Shown here: piece after piece, positions 35,077-44,216 of the stretch
Numbering within the stretch: position 1 is the stretch's first letter
Layout of the letters: every line of letters starts with the position of its first letter
From: a virus
Taxonomy: Duplodnaviria > Caudoviricetes
Strand: one strand, 5' to 3'
DNA length: 64,000 bases
Virus record (IMG/VR): IMGVR_UViG_3300037418_002332
Program-made: the position numbers and the translations under genes
The notes under the pieces: generated by a model
What the model was told of the DNA's origin: nothing
What the model saw: the letters and a program-made list of their open reading frames with translations, nothing else
Databases searched by the model: none

Positions 35077-36102
35077 ATGAAAAAGAGGCAAGTCTCAGAA
35101 ATCCTTCTGAAGCGTGCTATTGGTCGTGAGCCGGAACCGAATTCGGTTATCGACGATGTTTCCTCGGTTTTCAATACCTTTAATGAAAGGAAGAACCGCA
35201 AGGACGCAATCGGATTTTTCGAAGCCTATATGGCTGAGAAGAACCCTGAGTTTCTGAAGGAACGTGACTACTCGAAGCTTGAGACGACCGTCGGTTGGAT
35301 CGCTCGGCTTCTGACTTTGAATTGCTCGTTGCCATCCGAAACCGTGGAATGGTTCAATCGTAAGGTTGACGCATTCCCGGCTGCTACCGCCAAGCCGGTT
35401 GCGAATATGGCTTCGGTTCGTGATAGTCTGGAAATTCGGACAATCGCTGAAATCGAAGAAAAATTCGACCGCAATGAAACTGAATCCTTTGATTGGCTGA
35501 AAGGCCAGCAACTGCCGAAGTCGGTGATCAAGGCGATCGACCGTATCTTCCGCGGAAGGCTGGAGGAACTTGATCTGATCGACACCGACGATCAGGTTCG
35601 TGAAGCGTTTTCGGTATTTACTCCGAAGGAAATCAAGGGTATGAAGGATTCGCTTTCCCGCCTTCTCAATGTGTTCGGTTCTACCGAAGGCGCTGAGGAA
35701 GTGGTGAAGCGTGGCCGTCAGTCAAAAATTAAGACGGCAAAGGAAATCGCCCAGTGGATGACTGTGGCTGGTGATGACGCAGACACTGGTCTGAAGGGAT
35801 TGCCGGCTGAGAAAATTGTTGGTGCGACGACCGTTGTTGTCTATCGACCAGACCACCGAACCCTGACGATCTTTACGGCTCTCGAGGGAAAGACCTTGAC
35901 CGTTAAGGGAAAATCAATTATGAATCATGATCCGGAGAAGAGTTTCGCCAAGTCTGTCCGTAATCCGGAGAAACTTGCGGCTCACTTCCTGGTCAAGAAC
36001 CATAAGCGGCTGATGGCGGCATTTGAAACCCTGAACACTAAAGCGAGGCCGCAGACAACTTCCCTGATTTCTGCAAATCATATGTTGATCTCCGCCTTTT
36101 AA
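35077..36102 (+). CDS. conserved hypothetical protein
   Basis: Long ORF with host-like codon use; start moved to ATG 35077. Confidence 0.75.
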   Translation: MKKRQVSEILLKRAIGREPEPNSVIDDVSSVFNTFNERKNRKDAIGFFEAYMAEKNPEFLKERDYSKLETTVGWIARLLTLNCSLPSETVEWFNRKVDAFPAATAKPVANMASVRDSLEIRTIAEIEEKFDRNETESFDWLKGQQLPKSVIKAIDRIFRGRLEELDLIDTDDQVREAFSVFTPKEIKGMKDSLSRLLNVFGSTEGAEEVVKRGRQSKIKTAKEIAQWMTVAGDDADTGLKGLPAEKIVGATTVVVYRPDHRTLTIFTALEGKTLTVKGKSIMNHDPEKSFAKSVRNPEKLAAHFLVKNHKRLMAAFETLNTKARPQTTSLISANHMLISAF

Positions 36103-36110
36103 GGAGAGAA

Positions 36111-36416
36111 ATGAATAACGTCCTTATCTACCCAAAATTTAAGAAGACTGATCTAAAAGAGATCGTAAGTGACGCGGATATGGACAGTGTAGCTAATCAC
36201 TACACTGTCCAGTTTATGAAGGCAATGGAGAACCACGGCATTAACGCCGACCCTGCCTTCTATAAAGACCTGACCTTCCTTCGTGAAATGGTTAAGGCAA
36301 TATTGCTCCGAACCCAAGGCAAGCACCATTCGATCCAAGACTTTATGGACGATGCGTACATTGATGAAATGCCTTTCGATGAGGATGCCGATTACAATGA
36401 AGAGGATGAGCATTGA
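36111..36416 (+). CDS. hypothetical protein
   Basis: aaggag RBS. Confidence 0.7.
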   Translation: MNNVLIYPKFKKTDLKEIVSDADMDSVANHYTVQFMKAMENHGINADPAFYKDLTFLREMVKAILLRTQGKHHSIQDFMDDAYIDEMPFDEDADYNEEDEH

Positions 36417-36610
36417 AAACGTTTGATGAATGGTTTGATGAAAAATTTCCAGAAGAATCATTCGGTTCACTCAAAGGCGCATTTCGTTTAGGAGTGAAAA
36501 ATGATATCGCTCGCAAAGCTTATGAATTTGCTGTGGCGAGTTCCGCATTGATTGCTGATTCATATTTGGACGGCACAGAAATTTCAAATGATATCAGAAA
36601 CCTAAAATGA
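36413..36610 (+). CDS. hypothetical protein
   Basis: TTGA overlap, 65 aa. Confidence 0.5.
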   Translation: MKTFDEWFDEKFPEESFGSLKGAFRLGVKNDIARKAYEFAVASSALIADSYLDGTEISNDIRNLK

Positions 36611-37473
36611 TCCTAGTTGATTTTAACAACGTGGTGTTTGCCGGCATCATGGCCCAGTTGGGTGAGTTCGGCGGCAAGTTTGAGGAAGGCTTAATCCGTC
36701 ATATGGTATTGACCTTCATACTAAGCTACAAGCGCAAATATCCTGGGTATGGAGAGCTCGTTCTTTGTTGTGATGGTGGTAACCCATGGCGTAAGGATTA
36801 CTTCGAACACTACAAGGCGCGACGTAAGGCAAAGCCGGTTGAAGGCGAGGCTGATGAGGCTGCTGAATCCGATGACTCATTGGATATGGAGGAGTTCTTC
36901 CGTATCCTAAACGTTGTCCGTGAGGAAATGAAAGCCCGAATGCCTTACAAGGTGATTCAGGTTTACAGAACCGAAGGCGACGACGCTATTGCGGTTCTAG
37001 CTAAGCATATGCCCGGTCCTCATGTCGTCATATCCAACGATAAGGATTTTACGCAACTTTGTAAGTTCGATGGATTGATACATTTCTCACCATTGCGTAA
37101 GGGTGAAGTGAAAACGGCCAATGCGGATATGTTTTTGAAAGAAATGATCATTCGCGGTGACGCGGGTGACGATGTTCCGAATATTCTGTCTGACGATGAC
37201 GTGTTTGTCGTTAAGGAAAAGCGGCAAAAGTCAATCATGGCTAAGAAGCTCGTCAATTGGCTCGTTGAACCTCTTGAACAAAACTTCGATGCAGATAAAA
37301 TCGAACGCAATCGACGAATGATTGATTTTGAAGAAATTCCTCAAGAATATGTCGATAAAATTTTGGGTGAATATGAATCCCAAAAAGACAAACGCATCAC
37401 TCGTCAAGATATCTTTGGTTATTTTGTCGCCAAGAAACTGTCGCGAATGGTTGATATGATTCAGCATTTCTGA
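36607..37473 (+). CDS. rnh: T4-type RNase H / 5'-3' flap exonuclease
   Basis: ILVDF, CCDG..PWRK.YF..YKARR, EGDDAI, SNDKDFTQL, GDAGDDVPNI. Confidence 0.92.
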   Translation: MILVDFNNVVFAGIMAQLGEFGGKFEEGLIRHMVLTFILSYKRKYPGYGELVLCCDGGNPWRKDYFEHYKARRKAKPVEGEADEAAESDDSLDMEEFFRILNVVREEMKARMPYKVIQVYRTEGDDAIAVLAKHMPGPHVVISNDKDFTQLCKFDGLIHFSPLRKGEVKTANADMFLKEMIIRGDAGDDVPNILSDDDVFVVKEKRQKSIMAKKLVNWLVEPLEQNFDADKIERNRRMIDFEEIPQEYVDKILGEYESQKDKRITRQDIFGYFVAKKLSRMVDMIQHF

Positions 37474-37474
37474 G

Positions 37475-37481
37475 CTAAATA
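37475..37481 (+). promoter_or_regulatory. T4-type late promoter candidate
   Basis: CTAAATA 27 nt upstream of ATG 37509. Confidence 0.55.
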
Positions 37482-37508
37482 TTTAAACAATTTAAACAAG
37501 GAACTAAC

Positions 37509-37940
37509 ATGAAATATGCTATCTCAGAAATTTTAGAATTGGCTAATGAAGCATGGGGCAAAAAGCGTAAGATCGCTGCTCTTCATGAACATTCAGGACC
37601 TCAATTGAAAGTGATTCTCGATTATTGCTACAATCCAAACATCAAGTGGCTTGTCGATCCTGATATGAAATATGATCCATGTGACGATAATCTCAACTCC
37701 CTCCGTACTCGCCTGTTTACAGAAGCTGCCAGCCTTAACAGATTTGTAAACATTGGGCCTTATCCTACTCTCAATCAAAAGAAACGCGACCTGTTGTTCC
37801 AGACAGTGTTGGAAACAATCCATCCAAAGGATGCTGAGTTGCTCCAATTCATCGTGAAGAATCGCGCTCTTCCATACAACAAACTCAATAAGGAAACAAT
37901 CGCAGAAGCATTTCCAATTCTGTCACAAAACTGGGGATAA
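37509..37940 (+). CDS. conserved T4-superfamily hypothetical protein
   Basis: ISEIL...K.KIA.L...L..IL...Y.PNI.W...RL..E...F...KR..LF...LE.IHP.DAELL pattern, commonly next to rnh in T4-like phages. Confidence 0.7.
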   Translation: MKYAISEILELANEAWGKKRKIAALHEHSGPQLKVILDYCYNPNIKWLVDPDMKYDPCDDNLNSLRTRLFTEAASLNRFVNIGPYPTLNQKKRDLLFQTVLETIHPKDAELLQFIVKNRALPYNKLNKETIAEAFPILSQNWG

Positions 37941-37949
37941 CATTTTGTT

Positions 37950-38360
37950 ATGGCTAAAACATGGTGGTTGCGAAAACGGTTGACTCCAGATCAAAGGAGT
38001 GAACTTCGTACCGAAATAATGAAGGTTGACGTCGATGCATATTGGGAAGAGCACGAAACAGACAAATCTATCATTAGCCTTGGCCGGTTGAACACCTGGA
38101 TTCAACCGGATGAAAAAGGAACTGTGATAGTGTTCCAAGACAATTCATTATTTTCTCTTCGCAATTGGCAAGAAGTCGTCAAAATAACTGAGTTAGAATC
38201 AGGACCACTTTTAGCAATCAAACCTATTGGTGGAATTCATGTTGAAAATATTCGCTTGATTAAGAACCAAAAAGTTTCATTCAAAATACATTCAGACAAA
38301 TGGAAAAATTTTGATACATTGATTTTGTCTGAATGGTTCATAGCAGGATTTGATTTGTGA
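37950..38360 (+). CDS. tandem paralogue array member 1
   Basis: WWLRKRLTPDQRSEL...LILSEWFI. Confidence 0.7.
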   Translation: MAKTWWLRKRLTPDQRSELRTEIMKVDVDAYWEEHETDKSIISLGRLNTWIQPDEKGTVIVFQDNSLFSLRNWQEVVKITELESGPLLAIKPIGGIHVENIRLIKNQKVSFKIHSDKWKNFDTLILSEWFIAGFDL

Positions 38361-38752
38361 GTCATTGGTTCGTACAAAAATCCATTGCTGTTCGAGATCA
38401 TGTTGAACTACATAGACTTCTAACAAAAGCCGGAACCGTTTTTGAAGACCTCCTTTGGTATGAAACTGATGGCTATTCGGTGATCAGTTTCACAGGATTA
38501 TCTCAATGGTTGCTTGAGTGGAATAAACATTTCAGAGACGTCAAGGAATTGTATCTCATATATCATGATGAGGTAATTCCAAGACCTGTGAAGATTGATA
38601 AATTGGTGCAATTGGATAATGCAATTCAATTCCACTATGAGCTTGGTTTTAGAAACGTTCGTGACCGACAAATTGTTAATCTTCATCTGAAGCATATAGA
38701 TTGGGATTTTGTCATTCATTTAGAAGATTGGGAAGTGGTTAGAGTGGACTGA
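38357..38752 (+). CDS. tandem paralogue array member 2
   Basis: HWFVQKSIAVRDHVEL...VIHLEDWEV. Confidence 0.7.
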   Translation: MSHWFVQKSIAVRDHVELHRLLTKAGTVFEDLLWYETDGYSVISFTGLSQWLLEWNKHFRDVKELYLIYHDEVIPRPVKIDKLVQLDNAIQFHYELGFRNVRDRQIVNLHLKHIDWDFVIHLEDWEVVRVD

Positions 38753-39156
38753 TGATATCTGAGTGGCGCATTCAAAAATATTTGACGCTTCCTCAACGAA
38801 CCGAATTGACCAAAATGATTGGCGGTTGGTTACTAGTTGATATGTTTGATGATCAAACAGATAGCTACATCAGTTGCGCAATGTTTGATGAATGGGCTAG
38901 AATGTACGGTGATCGGGCTATTATACATGTTTGGTGGAAAGATGCGACAAAAATTTGGCACGAAAGAAAATTTCGTGGATTTGAAGAAGGCAGATCATCA
39001 GGTAAACTGTTTGCAAATATCTTTGATGTCAATGGAAAAGAATCTTCTATGCTATTTAATGTCGGAAGCGATATCTCAATGTCCGTTGAACTTGATACAT
39101 GGCCGAATGAAATTTTGTTTCTCGAACATTGGAAAGTTGGGAAGGGCAGACAATAA
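38752..39156 (+). CDS. tandem paralogue array member 3
   Basis: EWRIQKYLTLPQRTEL...ILFLEHWKV. Confidence 0.7.
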   Translation: MISEWRIQKYLTLPQRTELTKMIGGWLLVDMFDDQTDSYISCAMFDEWARMYGDRAIIHVWWKDATKIWHERKFRGFEEGRSSGKLFANIFDVNGKESSMLFNVGSDISMSVELDTWPNEILFLEHWKVGKGRQ

Positions 39157-39554
39157 TGTATCATTGGTACATCAGAAAACCTTTGTATGATCAGGATCAC
39201 GAGGAGTTGGGCAAACATTTTTTAGCTGGCTATCGTCGTGAAAAAGATGATGAAGGTGATTGGTATTCTCAACTTGATATTGAAATATTGATGAAAATGA
39301 TTGATATGCCAGAATTGTTAGAAGTGAAAGTTTTTCATCTTCCAATTTTTGATCGTTTGATGAAATTAAAAATGATTACTGATGAAGGTGATTTGTTACA
39401 CTTCCAAATTTGGGATCAAGAATTACAAAGAACTCGAGTGATAGATATTGCCTACGGTGAAGGAATTTCAGTATCAATTGATTTGTTAAAACAAACCGAT
39501 TTCTTGTTATATCTTGAAGGTTGGACATTGGGTAGAAAATGGGTTGGACGATAG
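39156..39554 (+). CDS. tandem paralogue array member 4
   Basis: HWYIRKPLYDQDHEEL...LLYLEGWTL; TAATG start 39156. Confidence 0.7.
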   Translation: MYHWYIRKPLYDQDHEELGKHFLAGYRREKDDEGDWYSQLDIEILMKMIDMPELLEVKVFHLPIFDRLMKLKMITDEGDLLHFQIWDQELQRTRVIDIAYGEGISVSIDLLKQTDFLLYLEGWTLGRKWVGR

Positions 39555-39925
39555 TCAAAGTTCTTAGCAATTCTCTTACGGATGATTTCAACAATCATTT
39601 CAAAGGAAAGAGCATTTCCAAAGTTAATGAAATGACTGCCTATGAATCAGAAGCGATCATTTTCTTGGAATCATTCGTGACTTTGACCAGTAAACATACT
39701 GATGAATTTGCTTGTTATTTGTATGAAGAGGACAAAAAGTACAAAATTTCTTCAATTAAACATTCAAGACAATTTGTCGATTTTGAACTTTTTCCACCTG
39801 CACTACCAACTGGTGATGAATATAGAACATATGAACACGGTGATGTGATAAATTTGGAATTGGAAACAAGTGACCTTTCTGTGTTTCTTGAAAACTGGGT
39901 TCTGTTGAATGAGGACGGCAGATGA
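39539..39925 (+). CDS. tandem paralogue array member 5
   Basis: GWTIVKVLSNSLTDDF...SVFLENWVL. Confidence 0.7.
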   Translation: MGWTIVKVLSNSLTDDFNNHFKGKSISKVNEMTAYESEAIIFLESFVTLTSKHTDEFACYLYEEDKKYKISSIKHSRQFVDFELFPPALPTGDEYRTYEHGDVINLELETSDLSVFLENWVLLNEDGR

Positions 39926-40209
39926 AAATCTCAGGCAAAACAGTTGATTACAAAATTGTGGTAGATGAGGTGTTCGAATTCATCGACACCCATGGTTTGC
40001 CATTAGATTATGTATTGACTTATCTTCATGAACGTAATATGGAAATGGACTGGCTTGCGTTCTTCTTAGATGCTAAGAAAGCCGGTTGGAATATCTCAAC
40101 GATCAAATCGAAAAGTATGGCTGCTGTCGCTGATGCGTTCGGTGGTCGTTCCGTCAGGACACTGGCGATAAATGACAGAATTGCTAAAGCATTGGACCCA
40201 TTCTTATGA
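39922..40209 (+). CDS. small protein resembling an alanyl-tRNA synthetase helical fragment
   Basis: VFEFIDTHGLPLD...ERNMEMDW..F resembles AlaRS AF.LYDTYGFPLD...E.G..VD..GF. Confidence 0.55.
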   Translation: MKISGKTVDYKIVVDEVFEFIDTHGLPLDYVLTYLHERNMEMDWLAFFLDAKKAGWNISTIKSKSMAAVADAFGGRSVRTLAINDRIAKALDPFL

Positions 40210-40766
40210 AAACTGCATTGATTATTGGAAACGGTGTTTCCCGGAAAAAACTCAATCTGCATGCTTTACCGCCTGAAGGTTTCACAACCTTTGGGTGCAA
40301 CGCATTATATCGAGAGTTCACTCCTGATTGGTTAGTGGCCTTGGACGATAAAATCATTGAGGAGATCAATCAATCCGATTTCCCCAAGGATCGCTTCTAT
40401 GTACCGCCTTTCGATGAGCAGTTCGAGCCTGCCATATACAATCCCAGTCGGCCTAGGGAGAACGCTGGCATGATCGCTATGCGTTTGGCGATCCAGCTAG
40501 GTTATGATAATTTAGAGCTCATAGGATTGGATTTTTTGGTGGAAGATGGCGTGCTGAATATGGCTAACATTTATGATGGCACGAATGCCTATGGGCCTGA
40601 AACACGGGCAAGTTATTTTGATTGCATTATGCGTTCTGAATATTTCAGATGGTTTGTTAAACAAAATCCGACTGTGAAGTTCAAGGTTATCTATCCTGAA
40701 AGTTTTATCACCGACCATGCTGTACGTGTGGCTCCAATGGACAATTTTGAATATGCGGTGTTCTGA
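40206..40766 (+). CDS. DUF115/Maf/GT29-like Rossmann-fold protein
   Basis: ALIIGNGVSR, FGCNALYR, LVALD, LELIGLDF. Confidence 0.65.
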   Translation: MKTALIIGNGVSRKKLNLHALPPEGFTTFGCNALYREFTPDWLVALDDKIIEEINQSDFPKDRFYVPPFDEQFEPAIYNPSRPRENAGMIAMRLAIQLGYDNLELIGLDFLVEDGVLNMANIYDGTNAYGPETRASYFDCIMRSEYFRWFVKQNPTVKFKVIYPESFITDHAVRVAPMDNFEYAVF

Positions 40767-41173
40767 TGTTTTACATTTTCAAGGAAATTCCTATTTGGGA
40801 TGTTGCAACAGACCTTGAAAAAATTATTGCCAAATCCCATGTCACAATTTTGGGTGACATGGTACGCATTGATTTAAGCAGTTCTTTAGCGGTTATGTTG
40901 GAAGTAAGAAATTATGTTGGCTATTTTCTTGCTGAAGGTCAACGATGGAAAATTGATTATCATGCCCCCACCACACCAGAATTTGCTCAATTGATGTTTG
41001 GTCGTGGTGATGGAAAGCCGGCATATTATGTCACTGGGGTTTCAGAAAAGAATAAGGAAAAGAAAACTCATTACATTCTGAATGAAACTTTGACCACATT
41101 TGAATTTGAAAATGATTATCAACATATCGTTTTTGAAGATTGGCTAGCAAAGGATATTCCTCTTGAGCGCTGA
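40766..41173 (+). CDS. tandem paralogue array member 6
   Basis: FYIFKEIP...DL...HIVFEDWLA. Confidence 0.65.
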   Translation: MFYIFKEIPIWDVATDLEKIIAKSHVTILGDMVRIDLSSSLAVMLEVRNYVGYFLAEGQRWKIDYHAPTTPEFAQLMFGRGDGKPAYYVTGVSEKNKEKKTHYILNETLTTFEFENDYQHIVFEDWLAKDIPLER

Positions 41174-41561
41174 AGTTAATGTTGAACTTTGCAAATTCAT
41201 ACATCCTGACAGTGCACAGGAATTGATGGAACATCTTTATGATCCATCGAAAATCGTATCAGACGTCGTCAATATGAAATACACTTTGTATATTCCTTGG
41301 CGGACTTTAATCCAAGAATCAGTACAATTGCGTGCTGAACTTCTCATAAAACGTATTGACACGCTTGATTTCGAAAAACTCACTGGTTGGAAAGCTTATA
41401 GAGTTAAAAAGTTTAGTGGTTCATATGAAGAATTTTGCGTAAGGACCAACTACGATGATGAATGGTTTTCTTATAGAACTAGTCAATTGATTACTGTGAG
41501 ATTGAAATATTATTCTGATCTCATTATTGATTTGGAAGATTGGGGCATTTCATGTACATAG
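41163..41561 (+). CDS. tandem paralogue array member 7
   Basis: VELCKFIHPDSAQEL...IIDLEDWGI. Confidence 0.7.
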   Translation: MSAEVNVELCKFIHPDSAQELMEHLYDPSKIVSDVVNMKYTLYIPWRTLIQESVQLRAELLIKRIDTLDFEKLTGWKAYRVKKFSGSYEEFCVRTNYDDEWFSYRTSQLITVRLKYYSDLIIDLEDWGISCT

Positions 41562-41923
41562 TGAAAACAATGGATAGAGAAGCTGCTAGAGAACTCAACA
41601 AATTATTGTATATGGATGTAACATTTTACGATAATGACTCTGACGAAGTTCAGGTGAAAATTCATCATTCTGATATACTCAATCCATTGAATGATGGATT
41701 TCAGCAGTTGATATTCAAACAGAAAATGCCAAATGGTTTGAATATGGATTATGAAATTTCAACACTTTCCGAAGATAACACCTTTGATAATGCTCATTTG
41801 GTATTGCATGACATGGCTGGTGATCCATTAGCCAGCTTTTCTCGTGGTTCGGATTGGAATTGTATAATCCATACAAATAAACATATGATTGAACTTGAAG
41901 ATTGGGTTATTGACGACGCATGA
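41549..41923 (+). CDS. tandem paralogue array member 8
   Basis: MYIVKTMDREAAREL...MIELEDWVI. Confidence 0.7.
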   Translation, partial: FMYIVKTMDREAARELNKLLYMDVTFYDNDSDEVQVKIHHSDILNPLNDGFQQLIFKQKMPNGLNMDYEISTLSEDNTFDNAHLVLHDMAGDPLASFSRGSDWNCIIHTNKHMIELEDWVIDDA

Positions 41924-42291
41924 GTATTTTCATCTGGAAATACATCGCTGGTGTTAACGTTGAACAATCAAGGGAAATACATAACACATTTCCCTACATG
42001 ATCACAAAATGGAATGAAATGTCATACGATTTGTATTTTGATGATTTGTTGAAACATTGGGATATCTATCTGAAGATGTCAGATGAACCTAGATACATCA
42101 GAAATGTACGCGAAGCTGACAACAAAGATTTAACTGTTGGACATATGTTCATCATTGAGTTTGTTAATCCTTTGTTAAGTGATTTCAAACTTTGGTATGG
42201 TGATGATCATGATTATATTTTGAAATCGAAAAAGACTGGTGAAGTCGTTCACCTTGAAGAATGGTCAATTGGAAATAATATTGAAACATGA
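41920..42291 (+). CDS. tandem paralogue array member 9
   Basis: IFIWKYI...EQSREI...VVHLEEWSI. Confidence 0.7.
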   Translation: MSIFIWKYIAGVNVEQSREIHNTFPYMITKWNEMSYDLYFDDLLKHWDIYLKMSDEPRYIRNVREADNKDLTVGHMFIIEFVNPLLSDFKLWYGDDHDYILKSKKTGEVVHLEEWSIGNNIET

Positions 42292-42707
42292 AACCACAAT
42301 TGTTTCTTCAAAAGACTTTAACTCAATCTCAATATGATGAGTGGACTAGCCATATTCCGGCGAAATATTTCAACAAAATGTATGCAACAAATCCCAATGG
42401 TCAAAGAATAGTTTTGATTGAATTTGAAGTCATTGAATACTGGAAACATTTGATGTTTGGAAATGACGGTTCGAATTCAGTAAAAATTCACATAATAGGG
42501 GAATGGCACTCAATTGTTAAATTTGATATTTTGACTTATCCTGACAAACCAGAAAAATATGGTATCCAAACTCAATTGATGTCTCCACTAGGAGCATATT
42601 CCAATTATTCTCATCATTATCAAGATCAAATGGAATTTAGAAATATCAGATTTTTAATTGGTAACCTAACAATTGAGCTTGATAAATGGAGAATGGTTAT
42701 ATCATGA
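42288..42707 (+). CDS. tandem paralogue array member 10
   Basis: LFLQKTLTQSQYDEW...TIELDKWRM. Confidence 0.7.
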   Translation: MKPQLFLQKTLTQSQYDEWTSHIPAKYFNKMYATNPNGQRIVLIEFEVIEYWKHLMFGNDGSNSVKIHIIGEWHSIVKFDILTYPDKPEKYGIQTQLMSPLGAYSNYSHHYQDQMEFRNIRFLIGNLTIELDKWRMVIS

Positions 42708-43120
42708 AACGCATTATCCTAGTCAAAAAGATGAAGTTTTTGACATTTATGATGCTTAGTCGTACTCTTGAAGGTGCAGGTGTCACTTTATCTTCAAATG
42801 AAACTCCAATTGGTTATTCTGATGTCTACATTGATTTTGAAAAACTTTCGAAATATGTCAATCAAAGGGATGAATGCATTTGGTTCGGAACTAGAGTTAT
42901 GGATGGTCTTCCACCAAATTATAATTTTAGAACTGAAGAAGTTACTCATAGAGTATCAAGCGATGGTACCGATAAACTTGGTTGGGATTTAATAAGTAGC
43001 AAAACCGCCAGTCATGGTGTCAGAAAAGAAGTATATGATCCATTGAGAACATATTGCTTTAGAATTGAAGGTCCTGATCGAATAGTTGATCTGGAAGATT
43101 TCACTATAGAACTCAGATAA
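42704..43120 (+). CDS. tandem paralogue array member 11
   Basis: IILVKKM...L...IVDLEDFTI; ATGA start 42704. Confidence 0.65.
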   Translation: MKRIILVKKMKFLTFMMLSRTLEGAGVTLSSNETPIGYSDVYIDFEKLSKYVNQRDECIWFGTRVMDGLPPNYNFRTEEVTHRVSSDGTDKLGWDLISSKTASHGVRKEVYDPLRTYCFRIEGPDRIVDLEDFTIELR

Positions 43121-43122
43121 AA

Positions 43123-43129
43123 CTAAATA
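43123..43129 (+). promoter_or_regulatory. T4-type late promoter candidate
   Basis: CTAAATA 17 nt before ATG 43147. Confidence 0.55.
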
Positions 43130-43146
43130 ACCATGTAAGAGGAAAA

Positions 43147-43395
43147 ATGCCTAATTATAACTTCTACGATCCTAAAACTCGCAAAACTGTAACTTTGGAA
43201 ATGAAAATTTCCGAGTTAGACACATTTCTCAAAGACAATCCTCATTTACAACAAACTCTTCAACCTATTCCATCAGTTGATCCTCATGCTGTAGGCAGAA
43301 CACGCACAGATTCGCGGTTCAGAGATGTGTTGAAAAAGATAAAGCGAGACCAACCAGGATCTACCATTCGTACTGATAATATAACTGAAATCTAA
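43147..43395 (+). CDS. conserved T4-superfamily small protein (FmdB-like N-terminus without Cys)
   Basis: MPNYNF.D..T......M.ISE...FLKDNPHL; gagga RBS. Confidence 0.7.
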   Translation: MPNYNFYDPKTRKTVTLEMKISELDTFLKDNPHLQQTLQPIPSVDPHAVGRTRTDSRFRDVLKKIKRDQPGSTIRTDNITEI

Positions 43396-43430
43396 GGGGA
43401 TATCACTGATGGAAATCATAAAGGATTTCC

Positions 43431-44216
43431 ATGTTAAATTCAGATCTAAAACAAAAATCATACCTATCTGATGAGGAAATTGAACAATTCTTCGATACAC
43501 CTAGAAAGGCTCGCAAAGGCAAAAGAAATAAGCAAGAGGCTGCACCTGCTCCTCATTATGGTTTGAAAGAAATTTCCCCGTTGACTAGAACGCAGGCAGA
43601 AATTTTTGAGTCATATTTCAATTCAAATCAAAATATGTTTCTTCATGGTTACGCAGGCACTGGTAAATCCTTTATATCCTTGTATTTGCTCATGTCGCAA
43701 ATGATGAATGATTCCTCATTCAAGAAGTTGAAAATTGTTAGATCAACTGTTCCAAGTCGTGACCAAGGTTTCTTGCCTGGTTCCGCTGCTGAAAAAGCGA
43801 AGATTTATGAAGCTCCTTACCAAGCAATCTTCACTGAATTGTTTGGTCGTTCCGATGCCTACGATTATTTCAAACGTCGTGGTTTGGTAGAATTTGAAAG
43901 CACTTCATATCTTCGTGGTACAACTTGGAATGATACGCTGGTTTTGTTTGATGAATTTCAAAACACCAGTTATAATGAAGCTATGACAGTTTTGACCAGA
44001 ATCGGTGACAACTGCCGTATCATTGTTTCCGGTGACTTCCATCAAACTGACTTGAAACGTGATGACGAAAAACGTGGTATCCTTGATATCATCAAAATTT
44101 TGAAGAAAGTCAATCTTGTTGATTTCTTTGAATTCAAGAAAGAAGACATTGTAAGAAGTGGGTTCGTTCGTGAACTCATCCTAGCTGAGGCGAAATATAA
44201 ATTTGAGAAGTCTTAA
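43431..44216 (+). CDS. phoH: PhoH-family ATPase
   Basis: HGYAGTGKS, IVRS, GFLPG..EK, YLRG.T, DEFQN, TRIG, SGD..Q.DL, DIVRSG.V. Confidence 0.95.
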   Translation: MLNSDLKQKSYLSDEEIEQFFDTPRKARKGKRNKQEAAPAPHYGLKEISPLTRTQAEIFESYFNSNQNMFLHGYAGTGKSFISLYLLMSQMMNDSSFKKLKIVRSTVPSRDQGFLPGSAAEKAKIYEAPYQAIFTELFGRSDAYDYFKRRGLVEFESTSYLRGTTWNDTLVLFDEFQNTSYNEAMTVLTRIGDNCRIIVSGDFHQTDLKRDDEKRGILDIIKILKKVNLVDFFEFKKEDIVRSGFVRELILAEAKYKFEKS

